Source of the DNA: Pelagomonas calceolata
Lineage: Eukaryota
NCBI GenBank assembly: GCA_918797485.1
Contig: CAKKNE010000005.1
Span: forward strand, 620,001-684,000
Length of the DNA stretch: 64,000 bases
Direction: 5' to 3'
Position numbers and translations under genes: made by a program
The notes under the pieces: model-generated
What the model was told of the DNA's origin: nothing
Seen by the model: only the letters and a program-made list of their open reading frames with translations
Databases searched by the model: none
In this document: in pieces, positions 32,043 to 43,563 of the stretch
Position numbering within the stretch: position 1 is the first letter of the stretch
Layout of the letters: every line of letters starts with the position of its first letter

Positions 32043-32783
32043 ATGGTCCGCCGCGTCCAGACCCAAGCTAGGGACGGCAGCACGCCCACCAAAGTCGCGA
32101 CCTTCGACAAGAGGGACCCGCCGAACGCCATCAGCCAGGCGTCGCCGGACAAGGCAGGCAGCACTGCGCCAAAAGTACTGCGGGTGCACAAGAACGAGCC
32201 CGTCTACGAAGTAGATGACGCTAGAGCCAGTCGTGTGGCTGCGGAGGCTGATGGTCATGCTTTATATGCGAAACGACTCGCTGAGGATTTGTGCCCGGCG
32301 CAGCAGCGCTGTAGGTACTCCTTCTCCACCGATAAGGTAGTGACGTTCTGCACGTCGTGTCAGGACGGCGCCGCGCAGATCCGGTGTTTGGCCATCCGAG
32401 GCAAGATCGGCGTGGCTGCAAGCAAGGATTTCAGCAAGTGGAGACAATGCAGCATGTGCTCGAAGCCGTACGAGGGCATTGTCAGAATAGCTCTAGCTCG
32501 AGCCTGCTGGGCGACCTATGCGGACAGGGAGACGCACGACCCGTGCCGCGTCAATGCGTTGGCGCTGGCCGCGAATGAGATATTTGCCGCGGGGGAACCG
32601 GCCGAGGCGGAGCCGCTCCACGAGGCTCTGTTAGATGTGGTCTCGTCGGGGCCGTTCCCCGATTCTACTCTGGCAACTGCCATGGGCGCGCTGGCGGGGT
32701 GCTACGACGCGACCGGTCGTTCCGCGGAGGCGCGGTTGTTGCGGGAGGCCCTCGCTGCGAGGCAGGGGGCGGCGACGGGGTAG
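32043..32783 (+). CDS. Divergent member of the zinc-finger/TPR family (MYND domain absent)
   Basis: KWRQCSMCSKPYEG.V..ALARACW.TY matches the same block in the genes at 34789 and 42077. Confidence 0.65.
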   Translation: MVRRVQTQARDGSTPTKVATFDKRDPPNAISQASPDKAGSTAPKVLRVHKNEPVYEVDDARASRVAAEADGHALYAKRLAEDLCPAQQRCRYSFSTDKVVTFCTSCQDGAAQIRCLAIRGKIGVAASKDFSKWRQCSMCSKPYEGIVRIALARACWATYADRETHDPCRVNALALAANEIFAAGEPAEAEPLHEALLDVVSSGPFPDSTLATAMGALAGCYDATGRSAEARLLREALAARQGAATG

Positions 32784-33106
32784 TTTCTTTTCGGTCTAAG
32801 GTTATATCTCGAGTCTACTGGCGTCGTGGCCGTAGAGGTAGGTTCGCGCGGGCTGCCGCCGCGACTTACGAGCGCGAGCGGCGCGGCCGCAGTTGGGGTC
32901 AAGGGCACCGTTAAGACAGGCGATTCGAGACGTAAAGATAGGCCGAGTGGACGACTACGTTCCTAGACCTATCCCTCTGCCGTAGGACCTAGCGCAGAGA
33001 CACTAGCCTTAGTCAAAAGCAAATCTGCCGATCCGCCTCAGGTTGGCCGCTTCTCACGCTGTCTCGAAGGGTCGGGAGGCTGTCGATCGTTCGAGATTCC
33101 TCGAAA

Positions 33107-34740
33107 ATGCGAGGGACGGTCGTGTGCTGCTTCCTGGCGCCGGCCGTGGCGCTGGTGAGCCCCTGGACTCCAAATGGCGCCGTCTGCCCCAGAAGGAGCT
33201 CCGCGCTGCGCGCGCTACCGGCCGGTTCGGCGCCCGCGTCATCGTCGGGACGCCTTCCAAAATTGCCGCGCAGCGACGGTCGCGTCGTCGCTTCGACGGA
33301 GCAGCGAATCGCGGACACGCGCCGCCCGCCGCCCGCCCTCGCAGCGAGATCACGTCCCATTTTCACACGCAGGCTCCGCCGCGAGCGCCGACGCGGCCCG
33401 CGCCGCCGCCCAGGAGGCCGGCAAGGCCCTGTCCGCCAATAGCGCCCAAGCCTCGAAGGCAGCGGCGGACGCGTTCTCCACATACTCAAAAACTTCCGCG
33501 GAGGGCCTGGCCGACGCCTCTAAATTAATCGGGAAGAACACGGGCGAGGCCATCAAGGCCTCGAGCAAGGCCATTGACTCCGTGACGGCGTCCGTCAAAG
33601 CCGCGGGGCCTACGCTAGACAAAACAGCTGCGGGCATCAGTAAAGGCGCCGACCAATTCGTAGCGTCGGCCTCGGACTTCGGCGGGCAGGTCCAGGGCGC
33701 TACTGGAGATTTAGCAGAGGCGCTCAAGGAATTCACCAGTAACTCAGCAGAGTTCTCCGATGGTGCTAGACTCGCGGCAGCAGACGCGGTCGACGCCCTA
33801 GGTACTGCTGGGAGTGCCGCGTCAGCAGCTTACTACGATGCGGTGGCTTCCGCCGCAGCAGCTGGAATAGGCGGAGCGGAGGCCGCGTCGGCCGGCGCTG
33901 TCTTGATCGCCGCAGCTGCCTTCGGGACGAAGGGCATCGACGCCGCCGCCGTCAAGTCCCTCGAACTCGACCGGGACACGGCGAAACAGGAGAGCGACAT
34001 GCTCAAGGTGAAGCTCAAGGAACTCGAGGAGAAGTTCTTCCTCGCCGACGCTCAATTTGAACAAACCATGGCCGCGACGCGGAAGGTGCTGACTCAGCGT
34101 ATGTTGAAGTTGATACTTCGCGTCGACGGCGTGCGAGAGCGCCGTCGAGCCCTCCACGCCATCGCCGCGGCGCGTTCCTCGCTTCGCGCCGCGCGAGGGC
34201 GGTCTCGCGACACCGTCGGTCCGCGCAGGAATTTGATACGACGCTGAAGGTGCGGTTGGACACCTTACGGGCCGAGTTGACGCGGGAGAAGGACGCGGCC
34301 ATCCTGTCGCTCAAACAGGCGCAGGATAGCCAGTTGGAGGAGCTCAAGGAGTACTATACGTCGCGATACGCGTCGAAGGTATCCGACTGTGCGGAAATCA
34401 AATTTACGGCGCGTTCGTCCTGATTTGCTGCGTCGAGCTCCACGCCATCGACGCGACGCCTGCTCGATGGCGTGGCGATGCCGGTTCCTCACCACTCGAC
34501 GGAACCAGCGCGGCCACGTCATCGCCGAGAGTGCACCCGACACACTGGTTGATATCCACACAGGTATCCGAGATGCAGAAGCTGATCGATGCGAAGGACG
34601 CGAAGATCGAGGAGCTCGAGGCGGCGCTGGGCGACCCGCTGTCGCTGTGGTGGAAGCGCGTCACGGGGCAAGAAAAGAAGAATCCCGTGCAGCAGAAACC
34701 GCCGCCGCCGGAGCCGCCGACGGATCTGTACTCCGCCTAG
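33107..34740 (+). CDS. Ala-rich coiled-coil protein with bipartite-like presequence; introns 33225-33372, 34086-34228, 34379-34563
   Basis: Three GT-AG introns join four exons in frame (LPAG-SAAS, TRK-EFD, ASK-VSEM). Confidence 0.75.
34387..34563. mobile_element. Introner element
   Basis: TIR ctgtgcggaaatcaa / ttgatatccacacag; 8-bp TSD gtatccga at 34379-34386 and 34564-34571. Confidence 0.96.
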
Positions 34741-34788
34741 TTTTGCCGTCGTTTGAGGGGTTCTTAAGTTTGGTCAGTCGAATAGTAC

Positions 34789-35937
34789 TTACAGCGCGAG
34801 GCCCCCGAGGCGGGCCGGCGCCTCGCGGGCGGCGAGCGCGGCTCGCGAGTCTCGCAGGGATAGCTCAATGCTCTCTGTGAGCGGATGCGCGCCACCGAGC
34901 ACGCGCCGCGCGGTCTGTGTCGTCTCCTCGAGCGTTGTCACGCCCTCGCGAAGCTCGTCGAGCGTGGCGCTGGTGTTCTCGTAGAGCGCCCGCGCGTAAT
35001 GCCAACTCAACCTGAGCGTGGTTTCATAACCATTGTCGAGAGCGCGTTGCGCCACGGCCAACGTTTTGAGCAGCAGCGGCCTGGCTTGGTCGAAGCGCCG
35101 TAGACTGAGAAGGCAATGCGCGTAGTTGTTGGCTTCTAAAAGAGTGTCTTTGTGTTCTTCTCCAAGAAGTTTTAAAGTTCGAAAGTATACGTCTCGATAC
35201 ATCTCCAGGGCCTCTTCAAGCCGTCCAAGCTCTCCATACGAGCTCGCAAGATTGCTCTGCGTGGCGAGCATCTCGCGTTCTGATGCGCCAACGCGCCGAT
35301 TCATAGACAACTCGGCCTCTACCACAGTCAACGCCTCCTCGCGGTGGCCTGCCTCGGATAAACTGTTCCCAAGCACGCCAATCGCCAATTGCCGAGCCGT
35401 CTCCACCTCCGGCCGAGCCACATACGTCCGCCAGCACGCCCACCCGAGCGCACACCGCACGACACCATGGTACTCTTGCTTGCACATGCTACACGAGAAC
35501 CACCGCGCCCACCTCTCAGTCAGCACCTTTTGCCCCAAATTGTTTTCCTCGCCCTCCGCGACCAAAATCTTCGCCTCCTCCGTCAAGCACGACACGTGCG
35601 CGACCCCCGCCGTCCCGCGGCACGAACACCCGCGCACGAGGCCCTCCTTTGTTTTCCAGTGGAGGGCCTGCGTGCAGATGTAGCACGTCTGGCCCTTCGT
35701 GTCCTCGGCGCACGCCTCCGCCGCGACCGCTACGGCCGCCGTGTACTTCTTATTTGCGTTGTATTGCTCGGCACCGCCTGCTTTCTTAATCATTTTGCAG
35801 AGCTTGTCGTGGCCGCCCTCCTTCCAGTGGTGCTCCTGGCAGGCCCGACCGCAGTAGCGCGTCTTACAGCGGCTGCATTGCTTGGCACTGGTACTGGGCA
35901 GCTGTGCAGCGCATACGGGGCAATGCGTGAGGATCAT
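34789..35937 (-). CDS. MYND zinc finger + RINGv-like finger + TPR protein
   Basis: CxxC..CSRCKTRYCGRACQ..HW..H...C; CYIC..CSCRG..HVSC..W..C..C; kinesin-light-chain-like TPR repeats. Confidence 0.88.
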   Translation of the reverse strand: MILTHCPVCAAQLPSTSAKQCSRCKTRYCGRACQEHHWKEGGHDKLCKMIKKAGGAEQYNANKKYTAAVAVAAEACAEDTKGQTCYICTQALHWKTKEGLVRGCSCRGTAGVAHVSCLTEEAKILVAEGEENNLGQKVLTERWARWFSCSMCKQEYHGVVRCALGWACWRTYVARPEVETARQLAIGVLGNSLSEAGHREEALTVVEAELSMNRRVGASEREMLATQSNLASSYGELGRLEEALEMYRDVYFRTLKLLGEEHKDTLLEANNYAHCLLSLRRFDQARPLLLKTLAVAQRALDNGYETTLRLSWHYARALYENTSATLDELREGVTTLEETTQTARRVLGGAHPLTESIELSLRDSRAALAAREAPARLGGLAL

Positions 35938-36017
35938 CTTTTCTGGTACGGGGCAGCCTCCACGCCGTCGACGCGTCGCTCCTGGTAGCTCTAAGGCTTG
36001 CTTGTAGGCATAAATTC

Positions 36018-36039
36018 CTAGTGTCTTACAGGCCGCTAG
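36018..36039. promoter_or_regulatory. CTAGTGT..CGCTAG upstream element (representative of about 15 copies)
   Basis: ctagtgtcttacaggccgctag lies between divergent genes and recurs upstream of many genes; function is inferred. Confidence 0.65.
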
Positions 36040-36192
36040 CTCGTAGCGGTTGCGACGCGGGCAGCCCCAAACACGCGTCAAGCGCACCTCCACGCCATCG
36101 ACGACGCGGAGAACGGAGGATCCGAGTGCTTTACAGCGCTAGCTTGCCAGTTTGCGCGCACAACCGCGGGCAGCCAAAGGGCAGCCAAAACC

Positions 36193-37856
36193 ATGGCCTC
36201 GACGCTCGCGGCCATCAAGGCCGCGAGCCACGCCAAGGACGCGCGCGAGAAGCGCGACACGGACTTCCACAAGACAGCACTCGTATTAGCAAGGGAGTAC
36301 CTGCGGGCCAACGGCTACAGCAAGAGCTGCGACGCCCTCGCCAAAGAAGTGGGTTCTGGGTTGGAGAAGCTCGAGCTGGCGGACAACGTCGACTTAGGAG
36401 CTGTTATCAGGGAGTTCGATGCATACTACCAACTCAAGCTCGGCCGGCCGCCCAAGCTCCTGAGGAGACGAGACAACGAAAACGAGCCCCCGAGGCCGCC
36501 CGGGGTCTACGAGCGGCGGAAGCGCGGGGCGGCGCGAGCCGCGGCCGAGAAGGCGGAACGCATCGAGCGACCGCGCGAGGCCGGGGAAAGCGTCGCGCTG
36601 GGCGTGCTGAAATCTAGATTGGGCGTGTCTGGGGGCGAAGGCGCTGTACCGCAGAATAAGCCCATGTGGCTGGACAACGACGGCGTCACGGGCTCGAAGA
36701 TCGAACCGACGGCGCGGACGCGGCGCGGAAATCGTGATTCAACTTGAGGCGGCTCCTGCGCGCCGATGGCGTCGAGGGGGCGCCGCCGCGACGCCGTCGA
36801 CGTTACGCGAGCCCTCACCGGTCGCCGCCTGCGCAGGACCGGAACGCGATCGTCAATGACAACCCGAACGAGCGCATCCTCAAGCCGCCTCCCGCCTTCG
36901 CAGGAGATTCAGAACTCCAAGCGCTGGCCAATGTTATTCAGCGGGAGATCTACGCGCCTACTTCCGTGGAGGGCGACGGCTGGGGCGACGTCGTCGGTCT
37001 CGAATCGGCCAAGAGTTTATTGAGGGAGGCCGTGGTCATGCCCGCGCGGTATCCTCAACTATTTCGTGGTCTGACGGCGTCGTGGGGCGGCGTGCTGTTA
37101 TTTGGCCCTCCAGGGACGGGCAAAACACTACTCGCAAGAGCCGTGGCGACACAGACCAAAACGACGTTCTTCAACATCAGTGCGTCGTCGATCGTCTCCA
37201 AGTATAGGGGAGATTCAGAAAAACTAGTGCGAGTACTGTTTGATCTCGCGCGGTGGCACGCCCCGTCCACGGTGTTCTTCGATGAAATTGATTCGATCAT
37301 GGCGCAGCGCGGCGGCCAGGGCGGCACGGGCAACGAGCACGAAGGGTCTCGGAGGATGAAGACCGAAGTACTCATTCAGATGGACGGCCTGTCCAATAAA
37401 AATTCGTCAGATATGGTCTTGGTCCTGGCGGCGTCGAACTTACCTTGGGAATTGGATGTTGCTCTCTTGCGAAGACTCGAGAAGCGGGTCTTAGTGCCGT
37501 TGCCCGATCAGGAGGCTCGGAGGCAGATGGTGTCGTCGTTCCTAGCCGGGAGGGTCGGGGAGGACTGTCAGCTGGATAGTTACGCGTCAGAAACAGAAGG
37601 CTACTCGGGCTCGGACTTGCGATTAGTCTGCAAGGAGGCGGCCATGCGGCCCGTGCGGCGACTCGTATCTCAACTGGAGGCGATGGAGTCTTCTAGAGGA
37701 GGCGAGGCCGTGCCGGACTCGGAAGTGGAGAGGTTGATGGGCGCGAACCGCGTGACGCACGACGATATGACTCTGGCGATGAAGGGCACGAAGCCGTCGG
37801 CGAAGCTGTTCGCGGACAAGTACCGGACGTGGGAGGCGAACTTCGGGTCGTCGTAA
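36193..37856 (+). CDS. KATNAL2: Katanin p60 subunit A-like 2 (LisH + AAA ATPase); intron about 36712-36836
   Basis: LisH-like N-terminus; GPPGTGKT, SKYRGDSEKLVRVLF, EHEGSRRMKTE; acceptor at 36836 is clear, donor position is uncertain. Confidence 0.88.
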
Positions 37857-38512
37857 GGTTTTTGTGGTAGGTTGTTTTTGGGGGCCGCGCGGCGCGCGTC
37901 GATGGCGTCGGAGCAGTGCCGTGTCGCGTGACTCGCGTCGCTGCCGCCGAATGCGCAAGGCCAAGACGCTCGCGCGCCTGCGGAAGGCGTTCTGACGATT
38001 TCCGTTCCCCCGCGAACTCGCGTCTGCGTGACCCCGTTCCGGCATGTACAAGACCCACCCCCCTCGCTCACTCCCTCCCTGGAGGATCTGTACATCTCGA
38101 ACTCTCGGGTCCGCCGTGAACTTCGGCTTAATAGCATTACCTCGTTGACTCCTGCATACCTGGGCCGCTCCGAGTCCGGGTGAGTACCACACGGGCCACG
38201 CCCCCAAGCCATGCCCCAAGGAAGCGCTCTCTCCAATTTCCTAGTGTCTTAGCGATCACGCTAGCTAATCATCCGGGCGTCCGGGCGACGTGCACTTTTT
38301 GCAGCTGCTCACGTCCCACGCGTGGTCTCGTACACATACAACGCACGTAGGAAGTCACCACAGCGATCGCATACGCGTGCATCAGCGGCAAAAGTAACCA
38401 GCGCTCGCCGTGAGTCTCTGTGAGAGCAGCCTGCTGCAACGCGACAGCGGAGAGCGCCCGACGCCGGAAGAGCTCCGACGACGCCGCCGCCGCGCACCCC
38501 TAGCAAACAAAG

Positions 38513-39295
38513 ATGCCCCAGCACGAGCACATCGAGCAGCATCGAAAGCGCCACGGCGAACGCTTAGACGCGCCCGAGCGCCGACGAAAGAAGGAGGCGC
38601 GGTCGGTACATGAACGCGCCAAGTTCGCCAAGAAGGTCCATGGTTTACGAGCGAAGTTGTTCAACAAGAAGCGCTTCAAGGAGAAGGCCATCCTCCGAAA
38701 AACTATTGCCGCCCATGAGGAAAAGGAAGCACGAGCAAGAAATAACACTAGTGATGACAAGGCCGCCGTACCGGCCTTCCTCCTAGACAGGGAAGGTACT
38801 TCGAGAGCAAAAATCCTCTCGAATAGCATCAAACAGAAGCGCGCAGAGAAGGCGGGTAAGTGGTCAGTACCAATACCCAAGGTAAGAGCAGTAGCGGACG
38901 ACGAGATGTTCCGCGTGCAAGCGTCGGGCAAGCGCAAGAAGAAGGCCTGGAAGCGCGTCGTCACGAAAATTACCTTCGTCGACCCGAATTTTACGCGCAA
39001 GCCTCCGAAGTACGAGCGATTTATTCGACCGAGCGGTTTGAGGATGAAGAAGGCCCACGTGACGCATCCGGAGCTGAAGGCGACGTTCTGTTTGGACATT
39101 TTGGGCGTGAAGAAGAATCCTAGTAGTGCGATGTACACGTCGCTGGGCGTCATTACGAAGGGTACCGTGATCGAGGTGAACGTGTCGGAGTTGGGCTTGG
39201 TTACTACTACGGGTAGAGTAGTCTGGGGCAAGTACGCCCAGGTGACGAACGACCCCGAATTGGATGGGTGCATCAACGCGGTGCTGCTCGTGTAA
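38513..39295 (+). CDS. NSA2: Ribosome biogenesis protein Nsa2
   Basis: 260 aa; [42 protein letters not shown]. Confidence 0.97.
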   Translation: MPQHEHIEQHRKRHGERLDAPERRRKKEARSVHERAKFAKKVHGLRAKLFNKKRFKEKAILRKTIAAHEEKEARARNNTSDDKAAVPAFLLDREGTSRAKILSNSIKQKRAEKAGKWSVPIPKVRAVADDEMFRVQASGKRKKKAWKRVVTKITFVDPNFTRKPPKYERFIRPSGLRMKKAHVTHPELKATFCLDILGVKKNPSSAMYTSLGVITKGTVIEVNVSELGLVTTTGRVVWGKYAQVTNDPELDGCINAVLLV

Positions 39296-39340
39296 GGAAT
39301 AGTCTGTAGTACAAACATGGGGTTACTCGCGGCGACGGCA

Positions 39341-39994
39341 TCAGCGGCCGCGCTTCGACGGCTCGACGCGCCAGGGCAGCTTCGTCGCGAGGACTCCTGG
39401 CGCCTCGGGATCGAAGGACTCCTGTCCGTCTTCCAGGATGCCCCAGTCCGTGCCGTTCAGGACGTCCTTCGGCGTGCGCCAGGCCGCTCGTACGTCGTCG
39501 TCGGCCACATATCGTCGCGCGAGCACCATCTCCGTGCCGTCGACGTACCCGAGGCTCACGAAGCGCCCAAACTCTGTCGACCCACACGCTGCGACGACGG
39601 CGTACTGGCCGCGGCACGAGACCATCATGTCGTGCCAGTCGTCCGAGTACGTCTTGTGCCCCTCGCCGTCGTTCTGGTCCAGTTGATACGATCCCGTGAG
39701 CCGAATGTCGCCGAGGTGCTCGAGGCCCCAGAATTGCTCTTCGTCGCTTGTGCCGCAGGATTCCAGGATCTCGAGCTCGTCCTGCCCGCGATAAACGCGA
39801 GTTTGCAGCGCAAAGTCGTTCTTGCTATTCTCGTATCTGGTGTCGCCGCTGTCGGGCAGCGTGTCGGTGTCCGTCGGCACCCAGACGCCTCGCCACGTGA
39901 CGCTGTTCCCGAAGTCGCTTACGGCCAGCACGCCGCGCCAGACAAACAGCGTCGCCCGCCATTCCCGCTCCCCGTCGCGCTGGCGGCGCGGCAT
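39341..39994 (-). CDS. Hypothetical protein
   Basis: 217-aa ATG ORF with coding-like composition; G.TEFGRFVSLG..LARRYV. Confidence 0.7.
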   Translation of the reverse strand: MPRRQRDGEREWRATLFVWRGVLAVSDFGNSVTWRGVWVPTDTDTLPDSGDTRYENSKNDFALQTRVYRGQDELEILESCGTSDEEQFWGLEHLGDIRLTGSYQLDQNDGEGHKTYSDDWHDMMVSCRGQYAVVAACGSTEFGRFVSLGYVDGTEMVLARRYVADDDVRAAWRTPKDVLNGTDWGILEDGQESFDPEAPGVLATKLPWRVEPSKRGR

Positions 39995-40284
39995 GGCTGC
40001 TCAATGTTGGTAATAAAAAACAGAGTCGTTCGTACGCGCTCGCCGCGTATAGATGCTCAAAACTTGGTGTCAAAAGCAGTGTGGTTGTGTGCGCGCTCTC
40101 TGGGCCTCGAATCGATGGCTGCAGCTGTCGCAGTCACAATATCTGGGACCGGCAGGTCTTAATCAAAGCCTGCAAGTGGCCCAGCGGCCGTGGGGGCTGC
40201 AAAAAAGGCCGGCGTCGAGCGTGAAAAACCCGTCAGGCATGCATGCGACTTGATAAACAACTTAATTTACTTCCCGGCACGCCG

Positions 40285-41501
40285 TCACCGCGACCGCGTA
40301 TACTCCGGCGCCGGCTCCTTGTAGGCCAGGAGCTCGTCGACGGCCTCGCGCCCGCCTGTCGCGAGCGCGGTGCAGAGCCCCGCGCCGACGGTCGCCGGCA
40401 CGAGGTAGAGGAGCGCCGGCTGGCCCGCCCGCACGTACTCGTTGGCCGCGAACGCGGCTAGCAGGCCCACCGCGTACGCGCTTGTCGCAGTCAGGCGCCA
40501 TGCGCGTTCTCCCTTTGCGTCGCCGTAGCGGCCCAGGAAAGACACTAGCAGCGACGGCAGTGCTACGTCGCCTAGGCCAAGCAGGGCGTACGGTTGTATG
40601 GAATCGGGCCTGTGTCGAAACCAACCAGTGAGAACATCACGTCGATAGCGTGGAGCGCCTGAAATTTGATTTCCACACGGAATCGATGCGGGTTCGGAGC
40701 TTTCAAGACGACGGGCGCATCAATCTTCGTCGCCACGGTCATCATCACGTCGCTGCCGAACACGAAGAAGATATCATACAAAAAAAGGCCGCCGAGCAGC
40801 GCCGCGCCCACCCCAAAGCTCCGCAGCGGCACCGTCCGCGGCGCGAGTAACGCGAGCGACCAGCCTAAGAAATTGGCGATGCCGGTCTTCGCCTCCAGAC
40901 TCAATTGCAAGGAGTCGGCGCCGAGGTATAGAGCTACCAGAATGAACGCAATGACCCCGCCGACGAGGGCCGCGCGGTCGTCCTCATCTGACACCGCATC
41001 ACATGCCTCGTAGAGCACTAAGGAAGAAGCACCACCCGCAAACGCGGACGTCAGCAGCCGGTAGCCCAGCGACGGGTCGATGCTCAGGTACTTGATCAGG
41101 GCGTACAGCGAGAAGAGGCTGATAGACGCGAGGACCGGCGCTAGAGCCGCCTGCTTCATGGTCAGCGGCTCGGCCTCCGGCGGCGCCAGCGACGGCGCCC
41201 GGCTCGATAGATACACCGTCGCCGTCGCCAGTCCTAGAAAGAAGACGTAGTGCGACTCCTTCGTTTGTAGAACGAGCGGCACGGCCTGGAGCGCGGCCGC
41301 GAGCGCGTAGATCGGTGCATCCTTCGCGACTGGATTTTCTGTCTCCGTCGGCGCGGCGGCGAGGGCGACGCGCGCGCGTCCACTCGTCGTTCGCAGCGGA
41401 ACGTTTTTATCGTAAACTGTAGGAGATAACGGTCGGCAGACGGGCTGTGGTGCAACCAATGCATGCGCGCTGGTCAAAAGCAGCAGCATGTAGAGCAGCA
41501 T
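40285..41501 (-). CDS. Signal peptide peptidase (A22B), probably plastid-targeted; GC-AG intron 40610-40689
   Basis: LFLYDIFFVFG, LGLGD, GQPALLYLVP; splicing restores NPP-DSIQPYALLGLGD. Confidence 0.9.
40610..40680. mobile_element. Internally deleted introner
   Basis: ctgtgtcgaaa / tttgatttccacacgg ends; degenerate TSD aatcgggc vs aatcgatgc. Confidence 0.82.
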
Positions 41502-41855
41502 GGCTGGGTGCGGTGAATTGCAATCAGAGATGCTCTTTGCCGCGGGAGAGCAGTGATTCGTCGACGTGTGGCTGTAATCCAGCAAGCCAAGCCTGCAGCG
41601 GAGCTTGTGGCTACGAGTACGAGCTTTTTTTTGGCAGCCCGCATACATTCTAGTGTGTCTACGCCGCTAGGAGTCTTCCACAAAATTGCATTCCCAGGCG
41701 CGTGAAAGACGCGCCAGTGCTCAAGCGCGACGTAACGGCTCTCTCCAACATTCGCCCCGTCGCGCCTGGATAGGCGTTTAGCGCGACCGACGCGCCGAAG
41801 AGCGGTTTCACAAAATCCCTACATCGAACAATCGGACGATTCAGTCCACGTCACG

Positions 41856-42053
41856 TTGTATAGCATCGCCGTCCTCTCGCTCTGCGCGCTGCTCGTCGGC
41901 GTCATCGCCGCGGCGGCGACGCACGTCGTGATGAAGCAGAAATCGGTGCAAATGCTCGAGCGGTCCAAGGCTCCCTGGCAGTCGTACGGCAGCCGCGACG
42001 AGGAGGGCGCGCCGCTCATCGCGAAGCGGCCGAGCCTGTCCTTTAGCGTGTAG
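41856..42053 (+). pseudogene. Single-TM coding-like fragment with no in-frame ATG (orphan exon or remnant)
   Basis: Coding-like codons and a TM helix; I found no ATG back to the upstream in-frame stop. Confidence 0.3.
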
Positions 42054-42076
42054 TTAGTCTATAGAACCTTGTCGAG

Positions 42077-43225
42077 TTACGCGCCTCGCGGCGGCGGGTC
42101 GCGGGCGGCGAGCGCGCCGCTCAGCGCGGCTCCCGCGTTTCGCAGTGAAATTTCAATTGGCGCCAAAAGCGGATGCGCGCCGCCGAGCACGCGCCGCGCG
42201 GTCTGTGTCGTCTCCACGAGCGTCGTCACGGCCTCGCGGAGATCGGCGAGCGTGGCTCCGTCGTCCTTGTAGAGCGCCAGCGCGTAAGTCCACCCCATCC
42301 GCAACGTTAATTCATGCGACGCCCCAATAACACGTCGCGCCACGGGGTTCGTTTTGCGCAGCAGTGCCTTGGCTTCTTCGAAGCGCTGTAGATCAACAAG
42401 GGACGACGCGTAGTTGTTGGCTGCTACTAGGGTGAGTTCATGTTCTTCGCCAGAGAGCCTCACACGTCCGGAATAAACGTCTTGTCGCAGGGGCAAGGCC
42501 TCATCAAGCCGTCCGAGATATTGATACGTGTTCGCAAGATTCCCCTGCGCGGCGAGAATGGCGGATAGTGGTGCGCCAATGCGCCGCAACGTAGACAACT
42601 CGGCCTCTCTCACGGACAACGCGTCCGCCCAATTTCCAACAGCGGATAAACCGTTCCCCAACTGCGTCATCGCCAAGCCCTTAGCCTCATCCGTCTCCAG
42701 CCGCCCCACGTACGTCTTCCAGCACGCCCACCCGAGCGCACACGCCACGACGCCGTGATACCTTTGCTCGCACAGACTACACGTATCCCACCGCCGCCAC
42801 CTCTTATCAAACGCCTTGCTATCCAAATTGTTCTCCCATGCCTCCGCGACCAATATCTTCGCCTCCTCCGCCAAGCACGACACGTGCGCAAAGCCTGCCG
42901 TCCCGCGGCACGCGCACATGCGCACGAGGCCCTCCTTGGTGTGTCGATGCAGCGCCTGCGTGCAAATATAGCACGTCTGGCCCTTTGTGTCCTCCGCGCA
43001 CGCCTCCGCCGCGACCGCGACGGCCGCCGTGTACTTCTGATTTGCATTATACTGCTCGGCACCACCTGCTTTTTTAATCGCTTTGCAGAGCTTGTCGTGG
43101 CCGCCCTCTTCCCAGTGTTGTTTCTGGCAGGCTGCCCCGCAGTAGCGCGTGCTGCAGCGACCGCATTTCTTGCCCAAGGATAATCCAAGGTCGGTGGCGC
43201 AGACGGCGCATTGCGTGAGGATCAT
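42077..43225 (-). CDS. MYND zinc finger + RINGv-like finger + TPR protein (close paralog of 34789-35937)
   Basis: Same architecture with long near-identical blocks (HDKLCK.IKKAGGAEQYNAN.KYTAAV..TKGQTCYICTQALH). Confidence 0.9.
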   Translation of the reverse strand: MILTQCAVCATDLGLSLGKKCGRCSTRYCGAACQKQHWEEGGHDKLCKAIKKAGGAEQYNANQKYTAAVAVAAEACAEDTKGQTCYICTQALHRHTKEGLVRMCACRGTAGFAHVSCLAEEAKILVAEAWENNLDSKAFDKRWRRWDTCSLCEQRYHGVVACALGWACWKTYVGRLETDEAKGLAMTQLGNGLSAVGNWADALSVREAELSTLRRIGAPLSAILAAQGNLANTYQYLGRLDEALPLRQDVYSGRVRLSGEEHELTLVAANNYASSLVDLQRFEEAKALLRKTNPVARRVIGASHELTLRMGWTYALALYKDDGATLADLREAVTTLVETTQTARRVLGGAHPLLAPIEISLRNAGAALSGALAARDPPPRGA

Positions 43226-43563
43226 TTACAGCTTCGGGCAGCCCGATGGCGTCGATACAAGCGAGTAGCAATGCCTCTCCGTCGCGCGTCGCGCGTCACC
43301 CGCACGAACACAGACGCGTCGTCGTCATTTCTTAGCCTCTCGCACGCGTCGCGAGGCCTCCGCCGTCGTCGAAGCTGGTCCCGGCGGGACGGCGGCCGCA
43401 GCACCCCATGCCAACGCCCTGGTGCAGAGAGCGGGGAGGCGCGCGCAGCGGGGCAGCCACCGTCGCGCCCCGGACCGGCCGCAATACATTAGCGGCGACA
43501 CCTGTCCGCCGAGGGACCGCTGACGGACCAAGCCGGGCAGAGGGGGCAGCCCCCACAGGCACC

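Noticed and set aside
37860..38240. Long spacer as a possible structured ncRNA (snRNA, SRP, RNase P/MRP, telomerase RNA)
   Set aside because: I found none of the diagnostic motifs by eye; an Rfam search would be needed
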